From IMG/VR virus record IMGVR_UViG_3300047560_002412, positions 32,001-96,000 of that record: a stretch of DNA of 64,000 nt; one strand, 5' to 3'. Under the pieces are notes generated by a model. That model did not search any database and was not told the origin of the DNA. It saw only the letters and a program-made list of their open reading frames with translations. The stretch's first letter is position 1, and each line of letters begins with the position of its first letter. This document shows positions 16,028 to 22,893 of this stretch, one piece after another. This DNA comes from a virus. Both the position numbers and the translations under genes were made by a program.

Positions 16028-16126
16028 GCCTCTGTAGCTTAATGGTAAAGAAGCGAGCTTATACCTCGCCAAAGCACAGGCCAGATAAGCCTGAGTGTGC
16101 AGGTTCGAGTCCTGCCAGAGGCACCA
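16028..16126 (+). tRNA. tRNA with UAU anticodon and very long variable arm
   Basis: GCGAG-CTTATAC-CTCGC; ~29-nt extra arm; 99 nt; ACCA. Confidence 0.8.
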
Positions 16127-16133
16127 TTATTAT

Positions 16134-16210
16134 CGGTCCTTAACTCAGTTGGACAGAGTGCCTGTCTTCGAAACAGGAAGTCGTGGGTTCGAATCCTGCA
16201 GGGCCGGCCA
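16134..16210 (+). tRNA. tRNA-Arg(UCG)
   Basis: CCTGT-CTTCGAA-ACAGG, CCA. Confidence 0.92.
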
Positions 16211-16231
16211 AATTTTTTTATGGAGATTGTT

Positions 16232-16438
16232 ATGAAAGCAACTATGCTAAAAAATCGTTTTAATAATGAGCATTTTGTCTGTGACGATATCCGTGTGACT
16301 GAAACAATCGAAGGTGTCGAGTACATTATTGTACATCGACCCAATGAGCATCGCCCGTTTAAAATGCGTCGCGATGCATTAGAGAAAATTAATATCCCGG
16401 TAGCTCATTTGGAACAGAGTATCACGCTACGAACGTGA
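16232..16438 (+). CDS. small phage protein overlapping tRNA-Arg(ACG)
   Basis: GGAG RBS; MKATMLKNRFNNEHFVCDD... Confidence 0.65.
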   Translation: MKATMLKNRFNNEHFVCDDIRVTETIEGVEYIIVHRPNEHRPFKMRRDALEKINIPVAHLEQSITLRT

Positions 16439-16471
16439 GGGTAGTAGGTTCGAATCCTACCCGGGATGCCA
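16394..16471 (+). tRNA. tRNA-Arg(ACG)
   Basis: TCACG-CTACGAA-CGTGA, CCA. Confidence 0.92.
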
Positions 16472-16482
16472 AACAAAACATT

Positions 16483-16556
16483 CTGGGTGTAGGATAATGG
16501 TAGTCGACGAAGCTTGGATCTTCGAGGCGCTGGTTCGATTCCAGCCACCCAGACCA
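16483..16556 (+). tRNA. tRNA-Pro(UGG), variant loop
   Basis: CGAAG-CTTGGAT-CTTCG, CCA. Confidence 0.88.
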
Positions 16557-16562
16557 GATTAC

Positions 16563-16637
16563 ATAGCGTTCGACTTTTGGTGAGGTCAGTAGGCTTTCAA
16601 CCTACGTAGGCGGGTTCGATCCCCGTACGCTATACCA
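16563..16637 (+). tRNA. tRNA-Glu(UUC), second copy
   Basis: GTAGG-CTTTCAA-CCTAC, CCA. Confidence 0.88.
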
Positions 16638-16642
16638 ACTAT

Positions 16643-16718
16643 GGTGAGGATAGTGTACCGGTGCGCACACCTGTCTGTGAAACAGGTAGATAGGGTTCAA
16701 CTCCCGTCCATCACCCCA
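16643..16718 (+). tRNA. tRNA-His(GUG)
   Basis: G-1, CCTGT-CTGTGAA-ACAGG, C73, CCA. Confidence 0.9.
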
Positions 16719-16719
16719 A

Positions 16720-16794
16720 GGATCTTTAGCTCAGTGGTAGAGTAGCAGCTCGACACGCTGTTGGTCGTAGGTTCAAGTCCTGCAAGATCCACCA
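16720..16794 (+). tRNA. tRNA-Val(GAC)
   Basis: GCAGC-TCGACAC-GCTGT (C33), CCA. Confidence 0.88.
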
Positions 16795-16799
16795 AATAT

Positions 16800-16875
16800 G
16801 CCGCTTTAGCTGATGTGGTCATAGCACCGGTTTGAAGCACCGAGGAATGAGGTTCGATCCCTCAAGGCGGCACCA
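16800..16875 (+). tRNA. tRNA-Phe(GAA)
   Basis: CGGT-TTGAAGC-ACCG, CCA. Confidence 0.88.
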
Positions 16876-16879
16876 GTTT

Positions 16880-16979
16880 AAGCATCAACCGAAAGGTCGG
16901 CGATAAGAACAAGGTGTGAACATAGTTGCATCTTTGTTGGTCGGTAGATTGGAACGACTCACTCTTTTTACTGATGCTT
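16880..16979 (+). ncRNA. unnamed structured RNA
   Basis: Closing stem AAGCATCA/TGATGCTT; ACC-GAAA-GGT tetraloop hairpin. Confidence 0.45.
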
Positions 16980-17003
16980 TTTTAGTTTGTTAACCAAAAT
17001 ATG

Positions 17004-17033
17004 TTGACAAAGCATACAGATAGAATATATAAT
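17004..17033 (+). promoter_or_regulatory. sigma70 promoter for tRNA-Leu/giant ncRNA unit
   Basis: TTGACA-18-TATAAT. Confidence 0.75.
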
Positions 17034-17089
17034 AGTCACATATGCTTGTTAATAGCATTTAGTTCATTAAAAATTAAATTTAAGATTTT

Positions 17090-17173
17090 GCCCTGGTGGT
17101 GGAATGGTAGACACGCTGGTCTTAGAAGCCAGTGTCGCGAGGCGTGAGAGTTCGAGTCTCTCCTGGGGCACCA
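17090..17173 (+). tRNA. tRNA-Leu(UAG)
   Basis: CTGGT-CTTAGAA-GCCAG, variable arm, CCA. Confidence 0.93.
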
Positions 17174-17338
17174 TTAAAAAATAGCATTAGCGGGTATCGC
17201 TTGTGGACGCACAGGCTCATGAGGAATAGGGCCATCTTACTCCTCTGAAAAAACCGTGAACAATGGCTTATGAGGAGAATCGAACTCCACTCAGAAATAC
17301 GTTTCATCCCATAGGGTGTAATGTTATTTTTTAATGGT
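17170..17338 (+). ncRNA. unnamed RNA closed by a 20-bp stem
   Basis: 17170-17189 pairs with 17319-17338. Confidence 0.55.
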
Positions 17339-17347
17339 AAAAATTTA

Positions 17348-18232
17348 AGGGCAGTTTATTGTCCTGTAGGCGGCTTGCCGTCTACAAAGAATAAGTGAGG
17401 TGACTCACCCAAAGCTAGAATGCCTACATACTAGCGCCAGCAATGGTTCATGTAAACAAGCCTGCTCACTACCGCGAGGTAGCGTTCACTGATAAGACCG
17501 GTGGATGTAACAGCAAAGCTGATGTAGTGGAAAGAACGTTTGCTTACAAGCCCGTAAGGGGAACTTGAGTGAATGGAAAGTAACAGGTGGTGCTGACTTC
17601 ACTACAAAACCAATCAGTCAACTGGTATGAGAAAGGGTAGTGTATTGGTCCGAAGGGTCGCTCCTAAGGGCTCGTATGCAATGTTAATGGAAGGTGGAAC
17701 ACGTTGCGAAACGTTGTTACATCGGTCGTGAAACATCACTGAGTAGCTCGCGAGGCAAAAGGTATGTGGTGAGTTGTATTTTGTATTCCAAAAGAGTATG
17801 AAGCAACTGAGGCAGCTCATCGCGGTAGGTTCAATGTAGATCAATGGTAGATCGTCTGTCTTTTAAACAGAATGCTGTGGGTTCAAATCCCATCATTAAC
17901 AAAAATGCAAAGACTGCCTCGGTTATGTGTGAAAAGTATCTAACGCTCGGGGCGCAAGCCAACTGAGTCTGATAAAGCTCGCAAGGTGATATCAGTTTAT
18001 ACTGGAAGTTTCGTAGTTCGCAAGACTTAATGGCTCGCAAGGTCAACGGAATAGATGGTGTAGAGTAGCATATAACGACAAGCCTAATGCCTGGCTTTAA
18101 AAACGGCGATACTGCAAGTAGACTAGGTTACATGGTAACATGAACTTAGTGGATGTCTAGAGAACGTATACTCGCAAGGTGTACGGTAATGCTAGAGGTA
18201 CTTGTGGGAGAGATGTAATCTCAGTCCTCCAC
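17348..18232 (+). ncRNA. giant structured ncRNA, GOLLD-like
   Basis: ~885 nt without credible sense ORF, many GNRA-capped hairpins (GCGA, GTAA, GCAA), inside a phage tRNA array; ends approximate. Confidence 0.75.
17829..17901 (+). tRNA. tRNA-Lys(UUU)-like cloverleaf embedded in the giant ncRNA, no CCA
   Basis: D-arm GATC/GATC, TCTGT-CTTTTAA-ACAGA, T-arm GTGGG-TTCAAAT-CCCAT. Confidence 0.75.
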
Positions 18233-18320
18233 TATTCTAAAACACATTAACTTAAAACATAGTTTCGAGTATGGGAAATGCCGCCCAATGAGATGATGGT
18301 ATAGTGTGTTTCAGAATAGT
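18231..18320 (+). ncRNA. stem-closed small RNA
   Basis: ACTATTCT/AGAATAGT and AAACACATTA/TAGTGTGTTT stems. Confidence 0.45.
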
Positions 18321-18324
18321 TTTT

Positions 18325-18400
18325 GCATCCTTAGCTCAGCGGTAGCAGCGGCGTCTTTACACGGCGTAGGTCGTAGGTTCAATCCCTACAGGATGCACCA
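18325..18400 (+). tRNA. tRNA-Val(UAC)
   Basis: GCGTC-TTTACAC-GGCGT, CCA. Confidence 0.92.
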
Positions 18401-18405
18401 ATTAT

Positions 18406-18500
18406 GGAGTGTTGGCCGAGTTGGTCGAAGGCACCTTCCTGCTAAGAAGGCATTCGGGCAAAAACCTGGATCATTGGTTCGAATCCAATACACTCCGCCA
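18406..18500 (+). tRNA. tRNA-Ser(GCU)
   Basis: CCTTC-CTGCTAA-GAAGG, long arm, GCCA. Confidence 0.93.
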
Positions 18501-18523
18501 AATTTATTAAAAAGGAAAAAATA

Positions 18524-18712
18524 ATGCTAAAACCAGGTCCGAGTTACAAAATGAGTAAGCAGGGTAAAAGAACATTAGCGCAATATCTTGATTCACATAA
18601 GCGTGGCGAAGTTAAGCGTAGTATTATCCAAGCAGAACTTGCTGCATTGATTCAACCAAAACGTGAAAGAAATCGCAGAGAAGGACAAAACGACAATGGT
18701 AGCAAGGAATGA
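18524..18712 (+). CDS. small basic phage protein
   Basis: AAGGA RBS; MLKPGPSYKMSKQGKRTLA. Confidence 0.7.
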   Translation: MLKPGPSYKMSKQGKRTLAQYLDSHKRGEVKRSIIQAELAALIQPKRERNRREGQNDNGSKE

Positions 18713-18980
18713 TATTACAGGTGATGCTATCCAAACTAGGACATCATCTAAAGCATATAACGATAATTACGACGCAATTTTTAGGAAAAATAAAGTGACT
18801 CCAAAAGTAGAAGATATGAAGAAAGGAACTTGTGGTTGCGGACGTTCGCCCACAGGTGATTGCATTGGATGGCATGGATTGTCAGAAGATGCATATAAAA
18901 AAGCACTTGAAGATTATCGTATTGCTGAAGTATCAAAGTTAGTTGCTGAAGAAACACTTCAAGCAACAGACAATAAGTAA
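18696..18980 (+). CDS. small protein with CDGSH-like Fe-S/Zn motif
   Basis: ARNDITGD N-terminal module; CGCGRSPTGDCIGWH. Confidence 0.7.
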   Translation: MVARNDITGDAIQTRTSSKAYNDNYDAIFRKNKVTPKVEDMKKGTCGCGRSPTGDCIGWHGLSEDAYKKALEDYRIAEVSKLVAEETLQATDNK

Positions 18981-18985
18981 TATTT

Positions 18986-19061
18986 GGGGGTTTAGCTCAT
19001 CTGGGAGAGCATTAGCTTTGCAAGCTAAGGGTGATCGGTTCGAGTCCGATAACCTCCACCA
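18986..19061 (+). tRNA. tRNA-Ala(UGC)
   Basis: TTAGC-TTTGCAA-GCTAA, G3:U70, CCA. Confidence 0.93.
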
Positions 19062-19079
19062 AGAGATATATAGTAGTAC

Positions 19080-19155
<76 letters not shown>

Positions 19156-19160
19156 ATTAT

Positions 19161-19236
19161 GGCCAGGTGGCAGAGCGACTTATGCGCTAGATTGCAAATC
19201 TGGATTAGGTAGGTGGAAATCCTACCCTGGCCTCCA
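19161..19236 (+). tRNA. tRNA-Cys(GCA), second copy with variant T-loop
   Basis: CTAGA-TTGCAAA-TCTGG, TCCA. Confidence 0.85.
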
Positions 19237-19245
19237 GTTTTACCA

Positions 19246-19281
19246 AAAAGACTTGACCTTAGGTCTTTTTTGTTTTATACT
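19246..19281 (+). terminator. terminator hairpin overlapping a sigma70 promoter
   Basis: AAAAGAC..GTCTTTTTT; TTGACC(19253)-17-TATACT. Confidence 0.65.
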
Positions 19282-19287
19282 AGTTTT

Positions 19288-19551
19288 GTTGTGTAGCAAT
19301 ACACAACCGGCGAGGTAGAAGGTAGATGAGGATAGACATTTCATTGGCTTACAACGCTAATGAATCTTATCAATGGCAAAACGTCTTGAAAACGTTTCGT
19401 GCTTGAGTGAACCGATATCCACATACCTGTCATTTGCTGATCGGAAATATTCAGGCCTCTGTAGCCTGTTTATTGAATGTTGTCAAGGAGATGCTTTATA
19501 GCTATCCGTTTGCATATTGTCCGGTCTATTACTTGACCTTTTACTGACCCG
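19288..19551 (+). ncRNA. structured RNA or long 5' leader upstream of coiled-coil gene
   Basis: GCAA hairpin, long-range GTAGAAGGT/ACCTTTTAC and ATAGAC/GTCTAT stems enclosing several hairpins. Confidence 0.55.
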
Positions 19552-19578
19552 TTATTTTAAATTAAAAGAGAGACACAA

Positions 19579-20151
19579 ATGAACATTACACTACGCAAAG
19601 CAAACACAATTCAGAACAGCATCAATGATGCAATCAAGGGTATTAAGATTGAGACATCTATTAATATCAACGAATTTCAGGATGTTGAAGTAGAAATCAA
19701 AAAAGCCAATGAAGGATTGTTTTTTGCTGACACTCGTCGTCAAAAGTTAACTTTGGCTCTCTACAACATTCGAGGTCTTGTTGCACAGGCAAACGCAAGT
19801 GCCGGCATTGACCTGGCGCTAACAAAAGCTGCCTTCATTGACAAAAGAATTGCACAGCTAGAAACATTAGCTCAACTTGAAGAACATACTTCCGTTGAAG
19901 TTTTAAAAGGCAAACTTCGTAAAATTGCCGAAGACAAGGGCGAAAGCCGTAGCCGTATTTACGGTTACAATGATTATGTTACTACTACCGTAGTATCTAA
20001 AGAACAGGTTAATCAGGCTAAGAGTGAAATTCAAACTCTTAAAAAACAAAAACAGAAACTCAATGATGAGGTTCTTGAATTAAACATCAAAACAGAAATT
20101 CCTTTAACTGACGATGTTGTTGAAACATTAAAGGCAGAAGGTATTATCTAA
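19579..20151 (+). CDS. helical coiled-coil protein, reminiscent of DIP1984-like family
   Basis: ITLRKA..IQ N-terminus and KQKLNDEVLELNIKTEI C-terminus. Confidence 0.7.
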   Translation: MNITLRKANTIQNSINDAIKGIKIETSININEFQDVEVEIKKANEGLFFADTRRQKLTLALYNIRGLVAQANASAGIDLALTKAAFIDKRIAQLETLAQLEEHTSVEVLKGKLRKIAEDKGESRSRIYGYNDYVTTTVVSKEQVNQAKSEIQTLKKQKQKLNDEVLELNIKTEIPLTDDVVETLKAEGII

Positions 20152-20158
20152 GACCTAT

Positions 20159-20233
20159 CGCGGGTTGGAGAAGTGGTATCTCGGGAGTCTCATAAGCTCC
20201 AGATCCCTGGTTCAATTCCAGGACCCGCAACCA
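20159..20233 (+). tRNA. tRNA-fMet(CAU)-type
   Basis: C1:A72 mismatch, CTCATAA loop, CCA. Confidence 0.88.
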
Positions 20234-20238
20234 ATTTT

Positions 20239-20315
20239 CGGTGTGTAGCTCAGCCTGGTAGAGCTCCTGGTTTGGGACCAGGTGGTCGCATGTTCGAATC
20301 GTGTCACACCGACCA
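20239..20315 (+). tRNA. tRNA-Pro(UGG)
   Basis: CCTGG-TTTGGGA-CCAGG, CCA. Confidence 0.93.
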
Positions 20316-20347
20316 AGTACGATAAGATACGTTCAATAAATAGAAAT

Positions 20348-21505
20348 ATGAATATTGGCGGACTTGATCAATTTAAAGATAATTCTATTAACGGTATTAT
20401 CGACGAAATAAAAAAGATAAATGGTTTATTATTAGATGCAACAATAAGCCTTTGTCAACATTGTCATTACCATGTTCCAGCATATAGATACGAATTAAAC
20501 AATAAAGTCTATATTTGCAAACATTGTATAACACATGGTTTTAGTCATCATCTAATTGAAAATGATGCTGAATTTTATCACGGGTTGATAAAGAACATGG
20601 ATACCATGTGGAATTTTGATAACTATATTCTTACTGAAGTTACAGATAGATGTAATTTAGAATGTCCGCATTGTTATCATTTACCTGATAATAAAATTAA
20701 AGATGTTCCGTTAGAAGATCTTATAACTCGATTTAAAGAATATCCAGACAGCATTTATCATATAATCTTGGCTGGTGCCGAATCGAGTTTAAGGAAAGAC
20801 ATAAAAGATTTAGTTATCGAAGTTAGTAAATTAGGAAAACTTCCTCAAATTTTAACTAATGGTGTTAAATTTTCCGATATTGATTTTGTAAAAAATCTTG
20901 CTTCAGCAAATGTTGATATGACGGTTACCATAGGTTTAAATCATCCTAGCTATATTGGAAATTCTAAGGTACGTGAAAAACAAATTCAAGGAATCCTAAA
21001 TGTAAACGAATACATCAATGGATTATCGTATGTTGGTTACACTATGGTTGGAATGGATGAATTAGATTTTATTCTAACTGAAATTACTAGCACTAATTGG
21101 TGTCAACATTCAAGGATTAGAGCAGGTAGTGAAATAGGTAGAAATGCCACAGACGAACAAATTTTTGTCAGTGACATTTTTAAAGCAACAAAATTGTGGG
21201 CAGAAAGAAACGGAAAATCTTTTGAAGTTGTAGATGCTGATAATAACATATATCATGTTGTTGTAAAAATAGACAACAAGTATATAAGAATTATTCAATG
21301 GTGTGACGAAACAAATATTGATTTAGAAGAATTAAGAACTGGTCCTTGGTGTGATTTTGTCTACGACGGAATAACAAATTTTTTACATCAAGTTATAAGA
21401 AGAGATGTTTGGAAAAATAAAGGTTTAATTTTACCGGATACTCCTCCAATAAGATACCAGGTTGGGCATCATAAAGATATAGATCCAGTTTTTCTCAAGC
21501 ACTAA
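20348..21505 (+). CDS. radical SAM enzyme with N-terminal Cys/His motif
   Basis: CNLECPHC; SLCQHC...KHC..HG; LTNG. Confidence 0.88.
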   Translation: MNIGGLDQFKDNSINGIIDEIKKINGLLLDATISLCQHCHYHVPAYRYELNNKVYICKHCITHGFSHHLIENDAEFYHGLIKNMDTMWNFDNYILTEVTDRCNLECPHCYHLPDNKIKDVPLEDLITRFKEYPDSIYHIILAGAESSLRKDIKDLVIEVSKLGKLPQILTNGVKFSDIDFVKNLASANVDMTVTIGLNHPSYIGNSKVREKQIQGILNVNEYINGLSYVGYTMVGMDELDFILTEITSTNWCQHSRIRAGSEIGRNATDEQIFVSDIFKATKLWAERNGKSFEVVDADNNIYHVVVKIDNKYIRIIQWCDETNIDLEELRTGPWCDFVYDGITNFLHQVIRRDVWKNKGLILPDTPPIRYQVGHHKDIDPVFLKH

Positions 21506-21532
21506 AGAAGTTGCTGTAAATATAGTTTTAAT

Positions 21533-21606
21533 GCGGGGTTCGTATAGTGGTAATACCTCAGCCTTCCAAGCTGATGCGGAGAGTTCGATTCTCTTACCCC
21601 GCTCCA
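21533..21606 (+). tRNA. tRNA-Gly(UCC)
   Basis: TCAGC-CTTCCAA-GCTGA, TCCA. Confidence 0.93.
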
Positions 21607-21610
21607 TAAT

Positions 21611-22183
21611 ATGCAAATAGTAGACCAAAACGATCTAGTTAAAAAATTTAATTTTAGTTCTATAATAAATCAGAAGGATAATGATACCGCCATAGGCATT
21701 ATTACTGATATTATCGCTTCTGGTAATTACTTTACTAATTCACCAAAGTATCAAACTAAAGAAAACATATTTTCACGTCCAGAAGAAGTATGGTTAAAAT
21801 ACCGTATGAGCTTCTTAATGAGCGTGTTTATGTATTTAGGTCGAGAAGTTAGAGTCGGTAACATGATGGCATGGAGTTTTATGACAAATCTTGAGGGTGC
21901 CGAAGATCGCGAAAAACTTTGGCACCATCATTGGCATCCAACTAAACCCGATGCCAAAATGTTAAGCGGAATATTTTATCTACATATTCCCGATGATGTC
22001 AAGGACCGAGATACATGCGGTACTGAAATGGCTCCGAGTGGAATTCATAGTGATGAAAAATATTTTATCACTCCAACAGAGTTTAGTTGGATAGTATATC
22101 CTAGTCAAGTATATCATAGGCCAGGAATCGTACAAAGTAATCAATATAGATATATTCTAGCAGTAGACGTAGAATATTATTAA
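21611..22183 (+). CDS. 2OG-Fe(II) oxygenase-like protein
   Basis: WHHH, SGIFYL, GTE, YPS..YH, R..LA. Confidence 0.75.
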   Translation: MQIVDQNDLVKKFNFSSIINQKDNDTAIGIITDIIASGNYFTNSPKYQTKENIFSRPEEVWLKYRMSFLMSVFMYLGREVRVGNMMAWSFMTNLEGAEDREKLWHHHWHPTKPDAKMLSGIFYLHIPDDVKDRDTCGTEMAPSGIHSDEKYFITPTEFSWIVYPSQVYHRPGIVQSNQYRYILAVDVEYY

Positions 22184-22184
22184 T

Positions 22185-22260
<76 letters not shown>

Positions 22261-22264
22261 AATT

Positions 22265-22339
22265 CTGGCTATAGTATAATGGAGAATACAACTCTCTTCT
22301 AAAGAGTGAATGTGGGTTCGATTCCTGCTAGCCGGGCCA
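22265..22339 (+). tRNA. tRNA-Arg(UCU)
   Basis: ACTCT-CTTCTAA-AGAGT, GCCA. Confidence 0.9.
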
Positions 22340-22343
22340 AATC

Positions 22344-22417
22344 GCTCCTATAGTTAAATGGCAGAACACATCCTTGGTAAGGATGCGATACAAGTTCGAT
22401 TCTTGTTAGGAGCACCA
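22344..22417 (+). tRNA. tRNA-Thr(GGU)
   Basis: CATCC-TTGGTAA-GGATG, CCA. Confidence 0.92.
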
Positions 22418-22418
22418 C

Positions 22419-22447
22419 TTGACACAGACACAAAAAGGCTATATAAT
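22419..22447 (+). promoter_or_regulatory. sigma70 promoter (leaderless transcript likely)
   Basis: TTGACA-17-TATAAT, ATG 7 nt downstream. Confidence 0.8.
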
Positions 22448-22453
22448 ATAATA

Positions 22454-22678
22454 ATGTATAAAGTAGAATGGAAGGACACAGCGGGTAGAGGCTGTGAGGA
22501 AGCAGTAAAAGATCTATCGGAAGCATTGGCTTTCGCAACAGAATTAGGAATACCAGTTACCATAAATGGTGGCGGTATAGTGTTAGTAGGAACATTTGGT
22601 TCTGCTGGCATTGAAAATGGACTATTACCAAACGGAGAAAAGTACAGCTGGTACAAACGCAGATATGTCAAAGAATGA
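22454..22678 (+). CDS. conserved small phage protein
   Basis: VG.FG...I.NG.LPNGE.Y.W.KRR. Confidence 0.7.
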   Translation: MYKVEWKDTAGRGCEEAVKDLSEALAFATELGIPVTINGGGIVLVGTFGSAGIENGLLPNGEKYSWYKRRYVKE

Positions 22679-22883
22679 TTTAATTGAATTAACGGGCAAA
22701 ATTGAAGAAGTTCTTCCCGGAAGTATGTTTAGGGTAAAACTTGATAATATGCCAAATATTATTACCTGCTATACCGGCGGAAAACTTAAACAGCACAAGA
22801 TTAAAATTATTCTAGGCGACAAGGTTAAAGTTGAAGTCAGTGCATATGACCTAACCAAAGGTCGTGTAACTTATCGTTTATAA
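22665..22883 (+). CDS. infA: translation initiation factor IF-1
   Basis: MSKNDLIELTGKIEEVLP...FRVKLDN...I.IILGDKV.VEVS.YDLTKGRVTYR. Confidence 0.95.
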   Translation: MSKNDLIELTGKIEEVLPGSMFRVKLDNMPNIITCYTGGKLKQHKIKIILGDKVKVEVSAYDLTKGRVTYRL

Positions 22884-22893
22884 GGAGAATATT

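Noticed and set aside
17348-18232. rRNA fragment, group I/II intron or RNase P RNA
   Set aside because: No recognisable rRNA, intron core/exon context or RNase P P4 signature seen; GOLLD-like fits better, pending a covariance search
13171-18524. ORF-track ORFs over the tRNA/ncRNA region (e.g. 13259-13564, 14292-14510, 15494-15775, 17614-18046)
   Set aside because: Shadows of tRNAs and structured RNA, with no RBS or protein-like composition
22265-22339. Possible amber suppressor tRNA (TCTAAA in loop region)
   Set aside because: Stem register ACTCT/AGAGT gives loop CTTCTAA, anticodon UCU (Arg)
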